A DNA stretch of 43,068 bases from Methanomicrobiales archaeon (GTDB taxonomy: Archaea; Halobacteriota; Methanomicrobia; Methanomicrobiales; Methanoculleaceae). Positions within the stretch are counted from its first letter, which is position 1. The number at the start of each line of letters is the position of its first letter. The notes beneath the pieces were generated by a model. The model was not told the DNA's origin, made no database searches, and saw only the letters and a list, made by a program, of their open reading frames with translations. Below are positions 9,021 to 19,846 of this stretch, one piece after another. The stretch covers positions 1-43,068 of the forward strand of contig JAAYND010000135.1 in the NCBI GenBank assembly GCA_012521035.1, given 5' to 3'. Both the position numbers and the translations under genes were made by a program.

Positions 9021-10131
9021 ACGAAGAAAACAGTACCTGCGACTGATGCGCCAGGTGACACTTGAGGTGGGCTACTTCACGGTGACCGATATCGCCGAGG
9101 CCACCGATACCCCCCGGAGCACCGTTCAGGACTGGGTGAATCGCCTCATTGAGGAAGGGTGCGTTGTCCTCACCGGTGAGCAGCGGGGACGACATGCCGC
9201 CCGGTATGCGGCGAGCAGCGCGATGCCGGAGAGCGCCTGCCGGCGTATCTTCACCACAATCGATGGCGATCAGGTCGAGATCTACCATGAGTGCATGAGC
9301 GGAGGGTGCGCCGCCTTCTGCGAGTTCCACCACGCCCGCGCCGGAGGTGCCCTGCAATCGGTCCACCGCGATGGAACCCTTCTCCGGGAACGGGCACACC
9401 TTGGCCGGTGGAAGATCGCTGTCGGGCTCGATCCGGCACCGGCGGTCGGGATCGCCGGCGTTTTTCGCGAGGGGGAATACATCCTCCAGCACATCAGGTG
9501 TATCGGTGGTCCGGCCTACTCGCTCACCGATATGATCTCCCTCGCCGAGGGTGTCTGCGACGTCACCGTCCACCGCGAGGGGAGGGTGGTCGAGGGCGAG
9601 GTGGTCACCCGGGCACTCACCTATGTCGCCATCGGTATCGACGACACCGATACCGGGAGCGAGGGGGCAACGTTCGCCCTCGCCCTCGCCCTCCTCCAGC
9701 ACCTCGCAAAACTGGATGGTGTCATGCCCATCGGACATCGGGTGGCGATGCTCAACCCACGACTTGAGGGGCGGACCGCGGGGAACTCCTGTAGTTATAT
9801 CGAGCTTGCTGTGGAGCCCGATCAGGTGATGCGGATCGAAGAGGCGGCCGTGCGGTTCGTCGCCGACGAGGCGGCATCCCCCGAGTGGGGACTCGCGGTA
9901 AGAGAGGGATTCCGGGTACCGCGGGATCTCCGGGCCTACGGCAGGAGCGCCCGTGAGACGGTGGTCACGCGCGAGGTGGCGGATGCAACCGCTGTGAGGT
10001 TCGGGGCCCGCCTCTACGGTTGCCGGGGTGCCATCGGGGCTCTCGCGGCCGTCTCACTCATAGGGCTCCCACATGATGTACTGCTCGACCCGAAGCGGGA
10101 CGTCTGCGCCGGGTGGGAGATGGCACCCTGA
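9004..10131 (+). CDS. HTH-domain protein fused to an Mmp11/TiaS-like (DUF1743) domain
   Basis: N-terminal wHTH (FTVTDIAEATDTPRSTVQDWVNRLIEEG) and C-terminal 'IGIDDTDT..EGAT', 'LNP....TAGN' and 'G.IGALAA' motifs. Confidence 0.7.
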   Translation: MSRVLERRKQYLRLMRQVTLEVGYFTVTDIAEATDTPRSTVQDWVNRLIEEGCVVLTGEQRGRHAARYAASSAMPESACRRIFTTIDGDQVEIYHECMSGGCAAFCEFHHARAGGALQSVHRDGTLLRERAHLGRWKIAVGLDPAPAVGIAGVFREGEYILQHIRCIGGPAYSLTDMISLAEGVCDVTVHREGRVVEGEVVTRALTYVAIGIDDTDTGSEGATFALALALLQHLAKLDGVMPIGHRVAMLNPRLEGRTAGNSCSYIELAVEPDQVMRIEEAAVRFVADEAASPEWGLAVREGFRVPRDLRAYGRSARETVVTREVADATAVRFGARLYGCRGAIGALAAVSLIGLPHDVLLDPKRDVCAGWEMAP

Positions 10132-10373
10132 GCGTATTTCATCCACGGTAATGTCGTATCAGCAGGGCTCGTGCTCATCGAGTGACGCGATCCGCCGGCG
10201 GTCACCTGTATCGACCCCGTCACCGGAAGTGGGGAGCAGCGTAGAGTAGACCTTCGCAACGGCGCAAATATCGCTATCAGTCGAGTTGTAGCGGACGAAC
10301 CGAATATAAGATCTATTCGCCATCTTTTGCGTAAATACACGAAGATTTACCGCTTTCTGACCGGGTAGAGCCG

Positions 10374-11792
10374 TTACCCTCTCCTGCGACCTCCAGGCCG
10401 CCCGAGCCACTCCGCGACCGTGTGTATGATACCAAGCAGGTTTGCAAGGTATGTCTCTTTTGCTTCGAGTCTCCGCTGGAGCACTGCCTCCTCGGATAGG
10501 AAGAGGGCTTTGAGATGGTGTATATCCTCTTTTGGCGAGTAGTAGAGATAGATCGGGATGCCGGCGAGGATGACAAGGATCCCTGCGACCTTATCGAAGG
10601 TCGTGGTTGAGAAGAGGAGATAGAGGCAGATCGCGATGCCAGCGAGGGGGAGGATGTGCTGACCACGGAGTTTTGCGGCACGATCATCCCGGAGCACGAT
10701 GAGAGCAAAGCAGGTGAGCAGGAACGAGAACGCAAGGGTGAGGACGGCGAACGATATCAGCCTGGAGAGATTCCCGATGTTTGAGAGCAGGAACGCTATC
10801 ACCCCCTGGGCGATGAGGACCATGTAGGGCGTGCCGTAGCGGGGGTGAACCCGGGCAAACACCCGGGGAAAGAGGCCGTCGATCGCCATCGCATACGCGA
10901 GTCGGGCGCTGCCGAGCATCCCGGATTCGTTTGACCCTGAGACCGAGAAGAGCGCGCCGACCGTCATGATGATCACTCCCGCCGAACCGAAGAGGGTGGT
11001 TCCGGCGACGACGAGCGGCACGGTGCTCTGCTCAAGTCCAGTCCAGTTGACGAGCCCGAAGAGCACGAAGTTCGTGAGGATGTAGAAGAGGGAGACGATC
11101 AGCATCCCGATGGTTATGGCGCGCGGGATAGCCTTCTGCGGGTCTTTCACCTCGCCAGCCGGGAGCGTCCCGAGCTCAAACCCGGTATACGCCCAGAAGA
11201 TCAGGACGAGTGCATGGGCGGCGTTATCGAGTCCGAGCGGGAGCAGGGGAGTGTAGTTTGTGATAAGGATCTCCGGCTGGATGATGAAGAATCCAAGCCC
11301 TGCTACGATGAGGAGGAGCAGGGGGGCGAGCTTGATGAGTGTGAGGACGTCGTTCACCTTCCCTGCGGCCCTGACGCCGGCGATGTTTACGAGGGTCAGG
11401 GAGGCGATGAAGAGCACCCGGACGGCGATCTCTGCGGCCGGGGTGAGCGCTACGAGCGCCTGGAGGTAGTTCGTGAACGCTATCGCAAAGACCGGGAGCG
11501 CGAGGAGTTCGGCGATCCACATGCTCCAGCCGGTGAGAAACCCGTAAAAATCATCGAACGCCTCCGATACGTAGGCAAACGGGCCGCCGACGCGGGGGAC
11601 GTAGTAGCTACAGTAAGCAAAGACCATAGCGATCGTCGCGGCGAAGAGTCCGGCCACCACCCAGAGAACGATCGAGAACGGGCCGACGAGGCCGGCGGTG
11701 AGAGCGGATGCGATGTAGATGTCGGCACCGACGATCGCCCCGACGATGATGTTTGTCAGGTCAAACTCAGAGAGCCCCCGCTGTAGCTCCAT
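10374..11792 (-). CDS. APC-family amino acid/polyamine permease
   Basis: About 12 hydrophobic segments; GAIVGADI, 'PRVGGPFAYV', 'WAYTGFE...AGEVKDP' and 'HPRYGTP' motifs. Confidence 0.9.
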   Translation of the reverse strand: MELQRGLSEFDLTNIIVGAIVGADIYIASALTAGLVGPFSIVLWVVAGLFAATIAMVFAYCSYYVPRVGGPFAYVSEAFDDFYGFLTGWSMWIAELLALPVFAIAFTNYLQALVALTPAAEIAVRVLFIASLTLVNIAGVRAAGKVNDVLTLIKLAPLLLLIVAGLGFFIIQPEILITNYTPLLPLGLDNAAHALVLIFWAYTGFELGTLPAGEVKDPQKAIPRAITIGMLIVSLFYILTNFVLFGLVNWTGLEQSTVPLVVAGTTLFGSAGVIIMTVGALFSVSGSNESGMLGSARLAYAMAIDGLFPRVFARVHPRYGTPYMVLIAQGVIAFLLSNIGNLSRLISFAVLTLAFSFLLTCFALIVLRDDRAAKLRGQHILPLAGIAICLYLLFSTTTFDKVAGILVILAGIPIYLYYSPKEDIHHLKALFLSEEAVLQRRLEAKETYLANLLGIIHTVAEWLGRPGGRRRG

Positions 11793-11995
11793 GACAGCAG
11801 GGGGTGACGGTGGCGGCTATAAAGGTTCTGCATCGGGATAGGCTGGATATGACTGTGGTGATCGCCGGATGCCCGGAGGGGTTTTGTTCTGGAGACATCA
11901 TCCCGCGTCATTGCTCCACCGGCATTGCTGTGAAGATCGGGCAGGTATGCTACAGGAGATATACAACATGGGAAGAATGAGAAGAAGTGTTTAAG

Positions 11996-12067
11996 TGCGC
12001 CGGCCGGGACTCGAACCCGGGTTTAGGCGTTGGCAACGCCTAGTGATAACCACTACACTATCGGCGC
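11996..12067 (-). tRNA. tRNA-Gly (anticodon GCC)
   Basis: Reverse complement GCGCCGATAGTGTAGTGGTTATCACTAGGCGTTGCCAACGCCTAAACCCGGGTTCGAGTCCCGGCCGGCGCA. Anticodon arm is AGGCG-TT GCC AA-CGCCT and the T-loop is GTTCGA. Confidence 0.97.
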
Positions 12068-12209
12068 ACGCTTGTGCTCTGCACTGTGTGCCTTACAAAG
12101 TGGGATCTCCTGGATATTAAGCCTATCGAATCGTGGCCTGGTTCAGGTGGCATACTCCTGCAGGATCAGCGCATTCGGGCTCTCCCGGGCGCGTAAGTGA
12201 GCCCGGCAC

Positions 12210-12905
12210 CTACCGCGATCTCTGCCAGCGAAGCGCGCTCCTGATCTTTTTATCCGCAAGTATCCATAACCCCGGTATCAGGACCAGGATGAATACGATC
12301 ATGGCATAGGCGACCACTTCTGCGGAGATGAGCAGGAGGTTGAAGACGCCGTGGAGCACCATCCCGAGGATGAGTCCGCGGATGATGACCCCTCCGCGAC
12401 GTTCAGCAGCCATGAATTTGGCCTGGCCGAGGGCGTAGCCCCAGACGCTCGCAAAGAGCGCGTGCCCGGGAACCGAAAATATTGCCCTGACGGTGATCGT
12501 GCCGACGGCAAGCGACGGCGACGTCATATATGCCGTAAAGACGTAGAGGACGTTCTCAAGGGATGCAAGCCCGAGGGCGGCGGAAGCCGCGTAGACGATA
12601 CCATCCATCGGTTCATCAAACTCGACGTTCTGGTAAGCGAACCGGCGCACGACATGGAACTTTCCGTACTCCTCGACGATGGGTGCGATGACGACACCCA
12701 TGATCAGCGGTGATGCGATGAAGAGACCAAGGAGCCCCTCGATGAAGGCCACGGGGAACGTGACGAGAGCACCGAGGATGAAGATCTTCGCGATGAGGGC
12801 AGCCGGTTCGGGTTCAAATTTGTCCCGGCGGTAGAAGTACCAGGTCCAGAAGACCCCCGGCCCCAGTGCGAGGGCGAGGATCACCAGCGGCTCGAGATCA
12901 ACCAT
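12210..12905 (-). CDS. PrsW-family intramembrane metalloprotease
   Basis: 'DKFEPEP', 'APIVEEYGK', 'DGIVYA...LG.A.LEN' and 'H...H...N' motifs. Confidence 0.9.
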   Translation of the reverse strand: MVDLEPLVILALALGPGVFWTWYFYRRDKFEPEPAALIAKIFILGALVTFPVAFIEGLLGLFIASPLIMGVVIAPIVEEYGKFHVVRRFAYQNVEFDEPMDGIVYAASAALGLASLENVLYVFTAYMTSPSLAVGTITVRAIFSVPGHALFASVWGYALGQAKFMAAERRGGVIIRGLILGMVLHGVFNLLLISAEVVAYAMIVFILVLIPGLWILADKKIRSALRWQRSR

Positions 12906-12969
12906 ACCATTCCGGTTTCTGGTGTTGATGGCAGAAGAGGTTTCCCCTCTCCGGGATCGAAAAAAAGGG

Positions 12970-13911
12970 TTACTCCGGGAGGAGCCGGTATTCGGGCCTG
13001 AGCCCCTCCAGCACCAGCAGGGTGTAGTACCGGAAGAACGTGACGAACGGCACCGCGATCAGGAGTGTGACCGGGATCGCGATTATGAGGTAGGGAACTC
13101 CGAGAGCGAGGAGAAGGATAAGGTTTCTACCCTGGAGTATGGCGAGGAATACTATCCCGATGAGCACGAACGGTATGGCGATGACCAGCAGTGCTATGAT
13201 AACCAGGATCATCTGCGCGATCGCGGCAACAAGCCCGAGCACAAACCTGGTGATGACATATACGATCGTCTGCCAGAGTTGCGAAGAGATAACCCCGATG
13301 AGGCGCCGCCATCCTGCGATGACACCACAGTCCTCACTCACCATGATCGGGACGACGAAGTCGGTTGTCAGGAGGAAGACGAGTCCGAAGAGGATGGCTG
13401 CGACCAGAATGAGCGGTATGAGCGCAATGAGCAGTAGCGGAGTGGCAGTGTGTGTCCCCCAGAATCCGAATAACAGGAGGGCAGATGCTACCATGGCGAT
13501 GAGCATGGCTGCGGTAAGGACTATCTCAAAGATGAAGAGCCTCACCCCTTTTCCGAGTCGTTCCCGGAAGAAGCGCCTGATATGAATATCCCCGGTCGAG
13601 AGCATATCGACAAAGACAAAGCGCATCGTCGCTCCTATGAACGCCCAGATGAGAGCGACCACGAGTACAACGGCAAGTATCACCAGCATGATCGTCGCCA
13701 CGCCGGCGGGGGTGAATCCGATCGCACCGGTCGCAAAGTCACTTCCATCGAACCGATACTGGAAGGTATTCGGTATACTGATGCCACCGCTCACAAAGAG
13801 CGCGATTATGACCAGGCGAAGCCATACACCCCACTCAAATGGCCAGAGCAGGGCTTTTGTGCGATGGACCGCACCCTCTATTCTGCTAAATGCATACATC
13901 TCTTCAGCCAT
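12970..13911 (-). CDS. Conserved archaeal multi-pass membrane protein
   Basis: 313-aa ORF with about 6 long hydrophobic helices and 'W.RL.IIALFV.G' and 'T.DFVVPIM' motifs; function not recognised. Confidence 0.8.
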   Translation of the reverse strand: MAEEMYAFSRIEGAVHRTKALLWPFEWGVWLRLVIIALFVSGGISIPNTFQYRFDGSDFATGAIGFTPAGVATIMLVILAVVLVVALIWAFIGATMRFVFVDMLSTGDIHIRRFFRERLGKGVRLFIFEIVLTAAMLIAMVASALLLFGFWGTHTATPLLLIALIPLILVAAILFGLVFLLTTDFVVPIMVSEDCGVIAGWRRLIGVISSQLWQTIVYVITRFVLGLVAAIAQMILVIIALLVIAIPFVLIGIVFLAILQGRNLILLLALGVPYLIIAIPVTLLIAVPFVTFFRYYTLLVLEGLRPEYRLLPE

Positions 13912-14065
13912 ATCTGTCGTGTAGAGGTGGAACCCGCCAGGGTTAAAACCTCCTTTGGGATCTCCCTGATACTACAATCCCGTTCGCGGAGATATCCCCG
14001 CCTCTCCGGGTGGATAAGGGCTTTTCAACAGGTTAATGTAGTCCGTTCACCACACTATAGAACGA

Positions 14066-14692
14066 ATGATCCCTCTCATGCTTGACCTGGCGGGCAGGAG
14101 GGTGCTTATATTTGGTGGAGGCGACGTCGGTGCCCGGAAGGCTGCATACTTTGAACGTGAAGCAGAGGTGACCGTGATCAGCCGTTCCTTTGCTCCCGCT
14201 CTCGATGATCTCGCGATACAGCGAGAAGAGGCCGATCTCTCAACCCTCGAGGATGAGGCGCTCGCGAGGCTCCTGCGAGATACCTTCCTTGTGGTTGCGG
14301 CGACGTCGGATCCCGGCCTCAACGACCGTATAGGACGGCTGTGCGCTGATGCCGGCGTCCTCTTCAATAACGCATCCGGAGAAGCCGGCAACGTCACCAT
14401 CCCATCGATCGTTCGCGGCCAGAACTACCTGGTTGCGATCAGCACCCTTGGAAAGAGTCCCGCCGTATCGCGCTATATCCGCATGCGACTTGAGGCGGAG
14501 TACGCAGACCTCGACCGGATGATCGACCTGCAGGATGAGATGCGCTCAGCACTCAAGGATATCGAACCTGCGCAGGAACGCCGGTCCCGCGCCCTCTGGA
14601 ATATACTCAGGGATGAGGAGATCTGGGGGATGCTCGCCTCCGACTATGGCCGGGCACGTGCTATGGCGATGGAGAGGTACCTGCATGCCTGA
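14066..14692 (+). CDS. sirC: Precorrin-2 dehydrogenase (CysG N-terminal / SirC)
   Basis: 'PLMLDL.GRRVLIFGGG.VG.RK', 'LVVAAT' and 'AIST.GKSP' motifs; first gene of the tetrapyrrole operon. Confidence 0.9.
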   Translation: MIPLMLDLAGRRVLIFGGGDVGARKAAYFEREAEVTVISRSFAPALDDLAIQREEADLSTLEDEALARLLRDTFLVVAATSDPGLNDRIGRLCADAGVLFNNASGEAGNVTIPSIVRGQNYLVAISTLGKSPAVSRYIRMRLEAEYADLDRMIDLQDEMRSALKDIEPAQERRSRALWNILRDEEIWGMLASDYGRARAMAMERYLHA

Positions 14693-15953
14693 AACCTTTA
14701 CCCCTCTGGCACTCGCGGGCATGAGCCACCATACCGCCGATATCGCCGCGCTTGAGGCGTTCCGGTTCCCCGACGAGGAGAAATTTCTCCGCGAGGCGCG
14801 GGAGCGATTCAAGGGGGTTTTGCTGCTCCAGACCTGCAACCGCGTCGAGGTTCTTGTGGAGGGTGATGCCCGAAGCCTGGAAGCACTCCTGCGGGAGCAG
14901 GGAAGGAAGGACTTTTTCATCATCGAGGGTGTGGATGTGCCCCGCCATCTCCTCGAGCTTGCGGCAGGCATCGACTCCCTGATCGTCGGCGAGGATCAGA
15001 TCCTCGGACAGCTGAAGCAGGCTCTCGCAATAACGGAGGAGGCAGGGACCGCGAGCAGCGCCATCAAGCTCTGCATCAACAAGGCGGTGCATGTCGGGGT
15101 CAGGATCCGGCGCCAGACGCAGATCAATCGGGGAGCGGTCTCTGTCGGTTCAGCGGCCGTGACGCTCGCGGAGAAGCTCCTCGGCTCCCTGTGCGACCGG
15201 CGCATCCTGGTCATCGGGAGCGGGGAGATGGGGCTTCTGGTGACCCAGGCGCTTGCCGCCAAAGACCTGACCGCCATCTACGTCGCCAACAGAACCTATG
15301 AGCGTGCGGTGGCGCTTGCGGAGGAGATCGGAGGCCGTGCGGTAAAGTTCAATGATCTCTACCACTACGTCGCGCTCTCCGATGTTGTCATATCCTGCAC
15401 CGCCGCGCCGCACCCGGTCATCCGCCTGGAGGAGATACGGGAGGTCATGGAGAAGCGCCTCTGGCCGCTCGATCCGCACCCTCGCAACCTGATCCTCATC
15501 GATATTGCCCAGCCCCGCGATATCGCGGATGATGTACGAACAGTTGAGGGCGTGCACCTCTTCACCATCGACGACCTGCGGAGCGTCAACGATGCTGCCA
15601 TGAAATCCCGGCAAAACGAGGCTGACCGGGCCAGGGCGATCATCGATGAAGAGGTCGGCCACTTCATCAGGCTCCTCCGGCGGACAGCGGCCGATGAGAC
15701 GCTCGCGCTCCTCTACACCTGGGCCGAGTCGATCAGGGCACGGGAGCGCGACCGAGCACTCGCCCGCCTGGGGGAGGGGGACGGTCGCACGGGAGCGATC
15801 ATCGATGACCTGACACGGGCGCTCACGAAGAAACTCCTCTCCGATCTGGCCACATCCATCCGTTCAAGCGCGGAGTGTGGTGATATGGAGAAGGCAGAGA
15901 ACCTTGTCCGGGCAATAACCCGGGGAGAATTATGTTTCCACAGAGACGAATGA
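14685..15953 (+). CDS. hemA: Glutamyl-tRNA reductase
   Basis: LQTCNRVE, GIDSLIVGEDQILGQ, GSGEMG and DIAQPRDI motifs. Confidence 0.96.
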   Translation: MPETFTPLALAGMSHHTADIAALEAFRFPDEEKFLREARERFKGVLLLQTCNRVEVLVEGDARSLEALLREQGRKDFFIIEGVDVPRHLLELAAGIDSLIVGEDQILGQLKQALAITEEAGTASSAIKLCINKAVHVGVRIRRQTQINRGAVSVGSAAVTLAEKLLGSLCDRRILVIGSGEMGLLVTQALAAKDLTAIYVANRTYERAVALAEEIGGRAVKFNDLYHYVALSDVVISCTAAPHPVIRLEEIREVMEKRLWPLDPHPRNLILIDIAQPRDIADDVRTVEGVHLFTIDDLRSVNDAAMKSRQNEADRARAIIDEEVGHFIRLLRRTAADETLALLYTWAESIRARERDRALARLGEGDGRTGAIIDDLTRALTKKLLSDLATSIRSSAECGDMEKAENLVRAITRGELCFHRDE

Positions 15954-16912
15954 GACGGATGCGGCGGCGGACTATCCAGCCGTTCTTCCGCGAGACAGAA
16001 CTTCAGAAGACCGATCTCGTTATGCCGGTCTTTGTAGACGAATCGATCAGCGCACCACTGGCTATTCCATCGATGCCGGGGCAGTTCCGCCACCCGGTGG
16101 ATGGGGTCGCTGATTACTGTGAGCGCCTCCGGGATGCCGGCATAGGAGCGGTGATCCTCTTCGGGATCCCGGCGAAGAAGGATAGCGAGGCGACTGAGGC
16201 TTACGCACCGGATGGTGTCGTCCAGAGGGCGATCCGGAGCATAAGGGAGCGGTTGCCGGGAATGGTCATCACAACCGACGTCTGCGCCTGCGAATACACC
16301 GACCACGGCCACTGCGGCATCATAGGGGAGACCGTCGACGGCCCCGACCTAGAAAACGATCTCTCACTTGAACTTATGGCCCGGATCGCTCTCTCCCATG
16401 CGGAGAATGGCGCCGATATCGTCGCGCCGTCGTGCATGCTCGATGGGATGGTGAAGACGATCCGGGAAGCCCTGGACGCTGCCGGCTACCAGGATACCCT
16501 CATCATGTCCTACTCCTCAAAGTTCGCGAGCGCTCTCTACGGGCCGTTTCGCGATGCAGCAGACTCCGGGTTCTCGTTCGGCGATCGGACGACATACCAG
16601 ATCGATCCCGGGAACGCCCGCGAGGCGATCATGGAGTCGGAGCTGGACGTGGCCGAGGGAGCTGATATCCTGATGGTAAAGCCGGCCGGGATATACCTCG
16701 ATATCCTCGCATCTGTGGCGGGGTTCGGTCTCCCGGTGGCGGCCTATCAGGTCAGCGGGGAGTACGCCATGATAAAGGCGGCCGGGGAGCGTGGCTGGCT
16801 GGATGAGCGGGCCGTCGCCCTCGAGAGCCTCGTCGCCATAAAACGCGCCGGGGCTGACCTGATAATTACGTATTTTGCTGAAGATGTAGCGAGGTGGTTT
16901 AATGAAGAGTAG
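15932..16912 (+). CDS. hemB: Porphobilinogen synthase (Zn-type)
   Basis: [26 protein letters not shown] and AYQVSGEY motifs. Confidence 0.97.
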   Translation: MFPQRRMRRMRRRTIQPFFRETELQKTDLVMPVFVDESISAPLAIPSMPGQFRHPVDGVADYCERLRDAGIGAVILFGIPAKKDSEATEAYAPDGVVQRAIRSIRERLPGMVITTDVCACEYTDHGHCGIIGETVDGPDLENDLSLELMARIALSHAENGADIVAPSCMLDGMVKTIREALDAAGYQDTLIMSYSSKFASALYGPFRDAADSGFSFGDRTTYQIDPGNAREAIMESELDVAEGADILMVKPAGIYLDILASVAGFGLPVAAYQVSGEYAMIKAAGERGWLDERAVALESLVAIKRAGADLIITYFAEDVARWFNEE

Positions 16913-18149
16913 TGATCTATTTGCACGGGCAAAGACCCTTATGCCGGGCGGCGTCAGCAGTCCGGTCAGGGCAATCAAACCCTTCCCCTTCTATGTGGAG
17001 CGCGCGGCAGGGTCACATCTAACAACTGTCGATGGAGACGATCTCATCGACTGCTGTCTTGGCTACGGGCCTCTCATACTCGGCCATGCGAATCCTCACA
17101 TCAGGGAGGCGATCGAGCGGCAGCTCGAGGGGGGCTGGCTCTACGGCACGCCCTCACCCCTCGAGCTCGATCTTGCCGGGATCATCATCGGCGATCACCC
17201 GGGGATCGGCATGGTCCGGTTCGTCTCGTCCGGCTCTGAGGCGACGATGGCCGCGATCAGGCTTGCGCGGGGCTACACCGGGAAGCAGGATATCATCAAG
17301 GTCGAGGGCGGGTTCCATGGTGCTCATGACGCGGTCCTCGTGAAGGCAGGCTCCGGGGCGACGACCCTCGGGGTGCCGGACTCCGCGGGCGTCGTCGCTG
17401 ACCTCGTGGCGCATACCCGGCAGGTTCCCTACAACGATGCTGAGGCGCTGGAGACACTTCTTTCGGAGAATGATGATATCGCCGCGTTCATCCTTGAGCC
17501 GATCATGGGGAACATCGGGCCGGTGCTCCCGGGCGACGATTACCTCGCTGATGTGCGCGAGATCACCGCTGCCTATGACGTCCTCCTCATACTCGATGAG
17601 GTGATCACCGGCTACCGGATCGGTATCGGCGGCGCGGAGGTTCTCTACGGGGTAAAGCCCGATATCGCCACGTTTGGAAAGATCATCGGCGGCGGTCTTC
17701 CCATCGGTGCCTTCGGCGGGCGGCGGGATATCATGGAACTGGTTGCACCCGCAGGCCCCGTCTACCAGGCCGGGACGTTCAGCGGAAACCCGGCAAGCCT
17801 TGCGGCGGGGGTGGCGACTCTCCGCTATCTCCACGACCACCCGGAGATCTACCGGCGGCTCGATGACGCCACGCGGACGATCGAGGAGGTCGCAGTCGAT
17901 GCACGCCGGGGCTCGTTCGTCAGGATGGGTTCGATCTTCAAGCACTTCTTCCGGAGCACTTCGCCGCGGAACTACCGGGAGGTCAAAGAGTGCGATACCG
18001 AGGCGTTCTCGCGGTTCTGGAAGGCGATGCTCGATCTCGGGATCTTCCTCCCGCCCTCGCAGTTTGAGACGAACTTCCTCTCCGCCGCGCATAGCGATCA
18101 GGATATCGATGAGATAGCGGAAGCATACGGATCATGTCTCTTCGCATAG
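16902..18149 (+). CDS. hemL: Glutamate-1-semialdehyde 2,1-aminomutase
   Basis: [28 protein letters not shown] and [10 protein letters not shown] motifs. Confidence 0.97.
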   Translation: MKSSDLFARAKTLMPGGVSSPVRAIKPFPFYVERAAGSHLTTVDGDDLIDCCLGYGPLILGHANPHIREAIERQLEGGWLYGTPSPLELDLAGIIIGDHPGIGMVRFVSSGSEATMAAIRLARGYTGKQDIIKVEGGFHGAHDAVLVKAGSGATTLGVPDSAGVVADLVAHTRQVPYNDAEALETLLSENDDIAAFILEPIMGNIGPVLPGDDYLADVREITAAYDVLLILDEVITGYRIGIGGAEVLYGVKPDIATFGKIIGGGLPIGAFGGRRDIMELVAPAGPVYQAGTFSGNPASLAAGVATLRYLHDHPEIYRRLDDATRTIEEVAVDARRGSFVRMGSIFKHFFRSTSPRNYREVKECDTEAFSRFWKAMLDLGIFLPPSQFETNFLSAAHSDQDIDEIAEAYGSCLFA

Positions 18150-19018
18150 GCACACGGGGGAGTGCTCTTGCGCTCGTCCAGACAGAGAACGTGGCCGGCA
18201 TGCTCGCTGATCGTGGTATCGATACCGAGATCATAACGATCACGACCGCAGGCGACTCCGAGACGGGTGTCCCGCTCCACGCCATCGGGGGGCAGGGTGT
18301 CTTTGTCAGGGCGCTTGATGATGCGATACTCAGGGGCGAGATCGATGTTGCGGTGCACAGCATGAAGGATATACCGGCAGCCCGCCCTGCAGGGCTCGCC
18401 TGCCCCGCGGTGCTCAGGCGTGACTCTCCCGCCGACTTCCTCGCACACGAAATCCCTCTCGATGAGGTCCACATCATCGGATCGTCGAGCACCCGGCGCC
18501 GCGCGCAGATCCTCCGCTATGACCCGGCGCTTGAGGTGAAGCAGCTCCGGGGGAACGTCGATACCCGGATCAGGAAACTCCGCGAGGGGCAGTATGACGC
18601 CATCATGCTCGCCGAGGCCGGTCTTGAGCGCCTCGCGCTCGACCTCCCCGGGGAGGCTCTTCCTGTGGACCGGTTCGTACCCTCACCAAACCAGGGGACG
18701 GTCGCGGTCGCCTGCCGGGATGACCCGGAGATCATCGGCTCTCTCGCCGGCCTGGACCATGCACCCACCCGCCTCGATGTGGAGATCGAGCGGGCTGTCA
18801 TGGAGGAGGTCGGCGGCGGGTGCTTCACCCCGCAGGGGATCTACTGTAGAGATGGAGATCTGATCGCCGAGGTTCTCGCGCTCGATGGATCCCGGTGGGA
18901 GCGGATCGAGCAGCATGTTGTGACGCTGGAAGAGGCCCGGGTATGCGGACGGGAACTGCGCGAGAAGGCAAAAGATCTGATTCTGGAAGCACGGACTGCA
19001 CTGGGTTTGAGTTCATGA
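18134..19018 (+). CDS. hemC: Hydroxymethylbilane synthase (porphobilinogen deaminase)
   Basis: [34 protein letters not shown] and GGGC..P motifs. Confidence 0.96.
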   Translation: MSLRIGTRGSALALVQTENVAGMLADRGIDTEIITITTAGDSETGVPLHAIGGQGVFVRALDDAILRGEIDVAVHSMKDIPAARPAGLACPAVLRRDSPADFLAHEIPLDEVHIIGSSSTRRRAQILRYDPALEVKQLRGNVDTRIRKLREGQYDAIMLAEAGLERLALDLPGEALPVDRFVPSPNQGTVAVACRDDPEIIGSLAGLDHAPTRLDVEIERAVMEEVGGGCFTPQGIYCRDGDLIAEVLALDGSRWERIEQHVVTLEEARVCGRELREKAKDLILEARTALGLSS

Positions 19019-19743
19019 CTGGCAAAGCATATCTTGTAGGGTCAGGCCCGGGTGGGCCTGGCCTCATGACGATGAGGGCGCGCGAGGTGATCGACGGGGC
19101 GGATGTCATCCTCTATGACCAGCTCCCGGGCGAGGAGATCATCGCAACGCTCCCAAAGGACGCTGAACTGATCGACTGCGGAAAGTACGGCGGCAGTCAC
19201 ACACTGAAGCAGCACGAGATCGAGGCGTTGATGATCGAGCGCGCAAAGGCGGGAAAGACTGTCGTGCGCCTGAAGGGAGGGGATCCCTTCCTCTTTGGCC
19301 GTGGCGGCGAGGAGGTTGAGGTGCTCCGGGAACACGGGATCCCGGTTGAGGTTGTGCCGGGTGTAACAAGCGCTATCGCCGTCCCGGAGATGGTCGGTAT
19401 CCCGGTCACCCATCGCCGGTATGCCTCAGAGGTGACGTTCATCACCGGCCACGAGGATCCCACGAAACCTGAGTCCGCCCTCAACTGGGAGGCTCTCTCA
19501 CGCCTGAAGGGGACGCTCGTTATCCTGATGGGCGTAAAAAACCTCCCGGCGATCACGGCGGCGCTCATCGAGCACGGGAAAGACCCCGGGACGCCGGTAG
19601 CGATCATTGAGCGGGGGCTCCGGCCCGACCAGCGCGTGACGGTCGGGATCCTCGATGATATAGTCGAGAAGGCTCGCGCCACCGGCGTCCGGCCCCCGGC
19701 GGTGATCGTCATAGGGGGCGTCGTGAACCTCTACGAGGGTTGA
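19015..19743 (+). CDS. cobA: Uroporphyrinogen-III C-methyltransferase
   Basis: YLVGSGPG, VRLKGGDPFLFGRGGEE, PGVTSA and GIPVTHR motifs. Confidence 0.95.
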   Translation: MTGKAYLVGSGPGGPGLMTMRAREVIDGADVILYDQLPGEEIIATLPKDAELIDCGKYGGSHTLKQHEIEALMIERAKAGKTVVRLKGGDPFLFGRGGEEVEVLREHGIPVEVVPGVTSAIAVPEMVGIPVTHRRYASEVTFITGHEDPTKPESALNWEALSRLKGTLVILMGVKNLPAITAALIEHGKDPGTPVAIIERGLRPDQRVTVGILDDIVEKARATGVRPPAVIVIGGVVNLYEG

Positions 19744-19846
19744 AGGGCTCCCGGGGTGAGGAGGTCTTCTCCCGCCCGGCGCCACCCTCCCCACAACAGA
19801 AACACTCTTTTCCCTCCGGCGCACGTACACTCCCATGAGGATTACC

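Noticed and set aside
117-12067. Integrated element bounded by the two tRNA genes
   Set aside because: No duplicated tRNA 3' end, no integrase, and the content is housekeeping.
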